This document shows, piece after piece, positions 59,101 through 64,000 of a DNA stretch of 64,000 nucleotides (its first letter is position 1; every line of letters starts with the position of its first letter). This DNA is from Heptranchias perlo. Lineage: Eukaryota. Under the pieces are notes generated by a model, which did no database searches, was not told the DNA's origin, and worked only from the letters and a program-made list of their open reading frames with translations. A program made the translations under genes and the position numbers. The stretch is from assembly GCF_035084215.1 (NCBI RefSeq), contig NC_090325.1, positions 194,618,001-194,682,000 on the forward strand, given 5' to 3'.

Positions 59101-62100
59101 GAGTGTTTTGAGAGCAGATCAGACATCTACCCCTCGCAGCACTGGCTGCACAAGCCTAGATGGATCCGAAATAAAAACAGAAAATGCTGATGAACGCTCA
59201 GCAGTTCAGGCAGCATCTGTGAGCTTCCGTTGAGCTTCATTGGAACTGTGTAGGAGGCCGAGGACAGGGAGGGACAAAGAATTAAAATGGCCAGCGACCA
59301 GAAGCTCAGGGTCACGCTTGCCCTCTGAAATGGCCTAGCAAGCCACTCAGTTGTACAATCTCGCCACAGAAAGTCACAATAGGTATAAAACTGGACGGAC
59401 CACCCGGCATCGGACCACTAGGCACCGGACACGACAAAGGCAAACCAAGCCCAGTCGACCCTGCAAAGTCGTCCTCACTAACATCTGGGGACTTGTGCCA
59501 AAATTGGGAGAGCTGTCCCACAGACTAGTCAAGCAACAGCCTGACATAGCCATACTCACAGAATCATACCTTTCAGCCAACGTCCCAAACTCTTCCATCA
59601 CCATCCCTGGGTATGTCCTGACCCACCGGCAGGACAGACCAACCAGAGTTGGCGGTACAGTGATATACAGTCAGGAGAGAGTGGCCCTGGGGGCCCTCAA
59701 CATTGGCTCCGGTCACCATGAAATCTCATGGCATCAGGTCAAACATGGGCAAGGAAACCTCCTGCTGATTACCACCTACCGCCCTCCCTCAGCTGATGAA
59801 TCAGTCCTCCTCCATGTTGAGCACCACTTGGAGGAAGCACTGAGGGTAGCAAGGGCACAGAATGTACTCTGGGTGGGGGACTTCAATTTCCATCACCAAG
59901 AGTGGCTCGGTAGCACCACTACTGACCGAGCTGGCTGAGTCCTGAAGGACAGAGCTGCCAGACTGGGCCTGCGGCAGATGGTGAGCGAACCAACATGAAG
60001 GAAAAACCTACTTGACCTTGTCTTCACCAATCTATCTGTCACAGATGCATCTGTCCATGACAGTATTGGTAGGAGTGACCACTGCACAGTCCTTGTGGAG
60101 ACGAAGTCCCGTCTTCGCACTGAGGACACCATCCAACGTGTTGTGTGGCACTACCACCATGCGAAATGGGATAGATTCAGAACAGATCTAGCAGCTCAAA
60201 ACTGGGCATCCATGAGGTGCTGTGGGCCATCAGCAGCAGCAGAATTGTATTCCAGCACAACCTGTAACCTCATGGCCTGGCATATTCCTCACTCTACCAT
60301 TACCAACAAGCCTGGTTCAATGAGGAGTGCAGAAGAGCATGCCAGGAGCAGCACCAGGCGTACCTAAAAATGAGGTGTAAACCTGGTGAAGCTACAACTC
60401 AGGACTACATGCATCCTTAACAGCGGAAGCAACATACTATAGACAGCTAAGCGATTCCACAACCAGTGGATCAGATCAAAGCTCTGCAGTCCTGCCACAT
60501 CCGGTCGTGAATGGTGGTGGACAATTAAAGAACTAACGGGAGGAGGAAGCTCTGTGAACATCCCTATCCTCAATGATGGCAGAGTCCAGCACGTGAGTGC
60601 AAAAGACAAGGCTGAAGTGTTTGCAACCATCTTCAGCCAGAAGTGTCGAGTGGATAATCCATCTCGGCCTCCTCCCGATGTCCCCAACATCACAAAAGCC
60701 AGTCTTCAGCCAATTCAATTCACTCCATGTGATATCAAGAAACGGCTGAGTGCACTGGATACAACAAAGGCGATGGGCCCCTACAACATCCTGGCTGTAG
60801 TGCTGAAGACTTGTGCTCCAGAACTAGCCGCACCTCTAGCCAAACTGTTCCAGTACAGCTACAACACTGGCATCTATCCAACAATGTGGAAAATTGCCCA
60901 AGTATGTCCTGTCCACAAAAAGCAGGACAAATCCAATCTGGCCAATTACCGCCCCATCAGTCTACTCTCAATCATTAGCAAAGTGATGGAAGCTGTCGTC
61001 GACAGTGCTATCAAGCAGCACTTACTCACCAATAATCTGCTCACCGATGCTCAGTTTGGGTTCCGCCAGGACCACTAAGCTCCAGACCTCATTACAGCCT
61101 TGGCCCAAACATGGACAAAAGAGCTGAATTCCAGAGGTGAGGTGAGAGTGACTGCCCTTGACATCAAGGCAGCATTTGACCGAGTGTGGTACCGAGGAGT
61201 CCTAGCAAAATTGAAGTCAATGGGAATCAGGGGGAAAACTCTCCAGTGGCTGGAAGATGGTAGTAGTTGTTGGAGGTCAATCATCTCAGCCCAGGACATT
61301 GCTGCAGGAGTGCCTCAGGGCAGTGCCCTAGGCCCAACCATCTTCAGCTGCTTCATCAATGACCACCTCTACATCATAAGGTCAGAAATGGGGATGTTCG
61401 CTGCTGATTGCACAGTATTCAGTTCCATTTGCAACCCCTCAGATAATGAAGCAGTCCGAGCCCGCATGCAGCAGGACCTGGACAACATCCAGGTTTGGAC
61501 TGATAAGTGGCAAGTAACATTCGCGCCAGGCAATGACCATCTCCAACAGGAGAGAATCTAACCACCTCCCCTTGACATTCAACAACATTACCATCGCCAA
61601 ATCCCCCACCATCAACCAGAAACTTAATTGGACCAGCCACATAAATACTGTGGCTACAAGAGCAGGTCTGAGGCTGGGTATTCTGCGGCGAGTGTCTCAC
61701 CTCCTGACTCCCCAAAGCCTTTCCACCATCCAGAAGGCACAAGTCAGGGGTGTGATGGAATACTGTCCACTTGCCTGGATGAGTGTAGCTCCAACAACAC
61801 TCAAGAAGTTCGACACCATCCAAGACAAAGCAGCCTGCTTGATTGGCACCCCATCCACCACCCTAAACATTCATTTCCTTCACCGCGCACTGTGGCTGCA
61901 GTGTGTACCATCCACAGGATGCACTGCAGCAACTCGCCAAGGCTTCTTCGACAGCACCTCCCAAGTCCACACCTCTACCACCTAGAAGGACAAGGGCAGT
62001 AGGCACATGGGAACAACACCACCTGCACGTTCCCCTCCAAGTCACACACTATCCCGACTTGGAAATATATCGGCCGTTCATTTATCGTCGCTGGGTCAAA

Positions 62101-63826
62101 ATCCTGGAACTCCCTTCCTAACAGCACTGTGGGAGAACCTTCACCACACGGACTGCAGCGGTTCAAGAAGGCGGCTCATCACCACCTTCTCAAGGGCAAT
62201 TAGGGATGGGCAATAAATGCTGGCCTTGCCAGTGCTGCCCACATCCCACGAACGAATAAAGAAAAATTCTTCTATCTACCCTGTCCCATCCTATCATAAC
62301 CTTAAACACTTCTATCATATTGTCCCATCACCTGTGCTCTAACGATAAAAGATCCAGTTTTTCAAGTCTTCATATTTGTATTTCCTCGTACCAGGCAGCA
62401 CCCTAGTGAATCTGTGTTGTGCCCTCTCTAAAGCCTTGATATCCTTCCCATAGTGTGGAGCTCAGTACTGCACACAGTACTCCGATATAATTAAGGTTTT
62501 ATATTAGCTCATCCTTACCTCCTAGCTTTTATATTCTATACCTCTTGAGACAAAACCTAGAATTTTATTAGCTTTTTTTAACAGCCTTTAATGTCCCTTG
62601 AACCTGCACCTCCCAATCCCTCTGCTCCCCCACAGCATCGAGCCTACTCACGTTCACGTTATGTAGCAGAAGTGTCGAGGATAGGTGGACAGAAGGTGAT
62701 ACCAGTAAAGATTACATCAAACGAAAGTAACAAATGGCCGTGACTGTAAATGACCAAATTACAAATAAAGCACGTGAGCATTTTGTGAGTACCACTGATT
62801 CTGAATTATATTTATGCTGTTTTGTTTTTGTGGTTAGGTACATTGAAATATTTCGGAGCACAAAGAATGACCTCCGTTTGTACATCCGCCCCTCAAAGAA
62901 GCTGCCTCGATGCCCCACAGTACAGGAAATTGTGACTGATGATGAAAGCTGCAATGTCGTGAACAGTAACAGTGATAATGGGGAAATGACAGAGGGAGAA
63001 GACAGAGTCCAGAGCGGTAAGGGATGTTAGTAAGCAGACTGGAAAAAAATAATATGCTGCAGTGATTGTGAGCCAGTGATTTAATTAAGGGGTTCAGATA
63101 AGCTCATAAACTGCAAAAAGCATAGTTTCTTGTCATCCGAACTCGGAGATTGGATTACAGCCTTGACATAACTCCCTGGCATCTGTTAATCTTAATATTT
63201 TAAACTTCAACGAGAGTTTTTATCCTGTTCTTGATCTGTTTGATCAGTAATGATGTCAACTGTTAATGTGAGACGCTTTGATGTTGGCACAAAATTAATT
63301 AATAGTGGTGCGTTTTAAAAAGAAAAGGTATCAGGAACTCTCTGCCCATATTCTATAACAAGCGTGTTTTGTTTGTACTTCTATCTTGGAATTATAAGGT
63401 AACCCAGGATACAAATCCAAACTTGGTTTTGTTTTACTGGGTTACTGAATGAACTGGACCTGGGTAAAAGTTCCCACATTTCTGCCATTTTGCATCAGAT
63501 TGGAATGACTGAATTAGATTTCCCTGTCTTGGTGTTCCATCTTTATGACTTAACATATTCCCTACTCCTACCTCTAGCATGGCGCGCATGACTTGATGGG
63601 TATTTTTGTAGTGTAAAGCAGCTACATTTCTAAAATGTTTGGCATTTAAATGTTGAGGTTCAATTGGCAATTCCTTTTTTTTAACAGAATTGTGATTTCT
63701 TTTTTATTAGTAGTGCAGCTGTCTAAAAATGATTTGGAATCTAATCATTGTGTTCAGAGATTTGAAGTACACAATGTACATATGAGGGGCCTCCCGTTTC
63801 GTGTTAATGGACAGGATGTTGTGAAA
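43919..63826 (+). CDS. GRSF1: G-rich RNA sequence binding factor 1, exons 1-7 (3' end lies beyond the window)
   Basis: Exons 43919-44107, 46777-46930, 50463-50618, 55895-56038, 57489-57627, 62838-63016, 63711-63826; GT-AG introns with consistent phases. Arg/Ser/Ala/Leu-rich presequence-like N-terminus, then three qRRM starts ([25 protein letters not shown]) and two RYIE motifs. Head-to-head with MOB1B as in human. Confidence 0.94.
44185..44400. repeat. AT-rich low-complexity tract in GRSF1 intron 1
   Basis: TA and ATAC-type degenerate repeats. Confidence 0.75.
44850..46330 (+). mobile_element. Ancient, highly decayed L2-like remnants in GRSF1 intron 1
   Basis: Degenerate [22 protein letters not shown] and LIHAF motifs. 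Confidence 0.5.
46777..46930 (+). CDS. GRSF1: GRSF1 exon 2
   Basis: [51 protein letters not shown]; cgcag| acceptor, |gtatg donor. Confidence 0.93.
48686..49270 (+). mobile_element. 3' fragment of the same LINE family, inserted into an L2 tail
   Basis: Interrupts the L2 tail between ...taaaggc and cataaatgcaagttgtt; ends in an A-run. Confidence 0.85.
49497..50409 (+). repeat. 23-bp minisatellite, about 40 units, in GRSF1 intron 2
   Basis: Unit ATGTGGATCCAATGCCCTGTTCC with C/G and A/G variants. Confidence 0.97.
50463..50618 (+). CDS. GRSF1: GRSF1 exon 3
   Basis: [28 protein letters not shown]...YMGQRYIE; 156 nt. Confidence 0.95.
51967..52430 (+). mobile_element. Full-length tRNA-derived Deu-domain SINE (SacSINE1-like)
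   Basis: A box gtggctcggtgg, B box ggttcaagtcc, central gatgagac.ttaaaccgagg...aagatccc...gttctccccggtgtcctgg domain, L2-like tail. Copies at ~1455-1658 +, 2933-3020 +, 3325-3480 +, 4675-5105 -, 5640-5975 +, 13170-13565 +, 23300-23700 +, 24610-25070 -, 36195-36398 +, 52590-52890 -. Family name from memory. Confidence 0.8.
53236..54871 (-). mobile_element. Young 5'-truncated CR1 LINE with uninterrupted RT reading frame
   Basis: 517-aa ORF with [29 protein letters not shown] and RPHLEYC; TTCTA-type tail at 53236-53254. Confidence 0.95.
55895..56038 (+). CDS. GRSF1: GRSF1 exon 4
   Basis: [13 protein letters not shown]...[21 protein letters not shown]; 144 nt. Confidence 0.94.
57489..57627 (+). 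CDS. GRSF1: GRSF1 exon 5
   Basis: [45 protein letters not shown]; 139 nt. Confidence 0.94.
59320..62266 (+). mobile_element. Near full-length ORF2 of a CR1/L2-group (jockey-like) LINE, APE plus RT, decayed
   Basis: APE motifs (TNIWGL, LTESYL, YRPP, GDFN, SDH) and RT motifs ([20 protein letters not shown]) broken by stops and frameshifts; 3' end GGGCAATTAGGGATGGGCAATAAATGC...GAATAAA. Confidence 0.9.
62838..63016 (+). CDS. GRSF1: GRSF1 exon 6
   Basis: [13 protein letters not shown] followed by an acidic linker; ttag| acceptor, |gtaag donor; 179 nt. Confidence 0.92.
63711..63826 (+). CDS. GRSF1: GRSF1 exon 7
   Basis: ...[19 protein letters not shown]|gtaagt; tandem TAGTAG acceptor (exon start 63711 or 63714). 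Confidence 0.88.
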
Positions 63827-64000
63827 GTAAGTGTTTGTCTTGTTTATTTAAAATATTTTTCAAAAAAAATTATGTGTCATTAACACTTGCCCCATCACAC
63901 ACTTCCAATTCACTGTGAGCAACGTATACTCACTACAGATCCGCACCATAAAAACATTTATCTCGGTTTAACTTTGAAGTAAACTGAGTGGTACAGTCCC

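Noticed and set aside
63681-63687. Alternative acceptor ttaacag for GRSF1 exon 7
   Set aside because: Phase is incompatible with the exon 6 donor and would frameshift qRRM3.
1017-63826. U12-type or non-canonical introns
   Set aside because: All 17 complete coding introns read as ordinary GT-AG, with no GTATCC or ATATCC donors.

Overview
Eukaryotic (vertebrate) genomic DNA. The repeat content (SacSINE1/Deu-domain-like SINEs, CR1, L2, Tx1 and Penelope-type fragments) points to a cartilaginous fish, probably a shark; this is an inference. Three spliced genes can be read exon by exon with GT-AG junctions and consistent phases: DCK (minus strand, 7 coding exons, 260 aa, complete), MOB1B (minus strand, 6 coding exons, 216 aa, complete) and GRSF1 (plus strand, exons 1-7, running off the window end). 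This is the same gene order and orientation as the human GRSF1-MOB1B-DCK block. Most other ORFs in the track are retrotransposon remnants or minisatellite artefacts. The most notable region is the ~4.3 kb between the divergent MOB1B and GRSF1 start codons. It holds (a) a Tx1-clade LINE with a twin-priming-type 5' inversion, a 14-bp target-site duplication and a nested hammerhead-ribozyme-like fragment, and (b) 31 tandem 45-bp units, each with a co-oriented CTCF-like motif, ending ~110 bp before the GRSF1 ATG. Other items: a second 5'-inverted LINE (CR1), a perfect 25-bp intronic hairpin, a mini-uORF overlapping the MOB1B start, and candidate splice donors that could give a GRSF1 isoform without the mitochondrial presequence. 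No new protein-coding system was found; all functional ideas are hypotheses. Repeat boundaries and family names are by eye and approximate.
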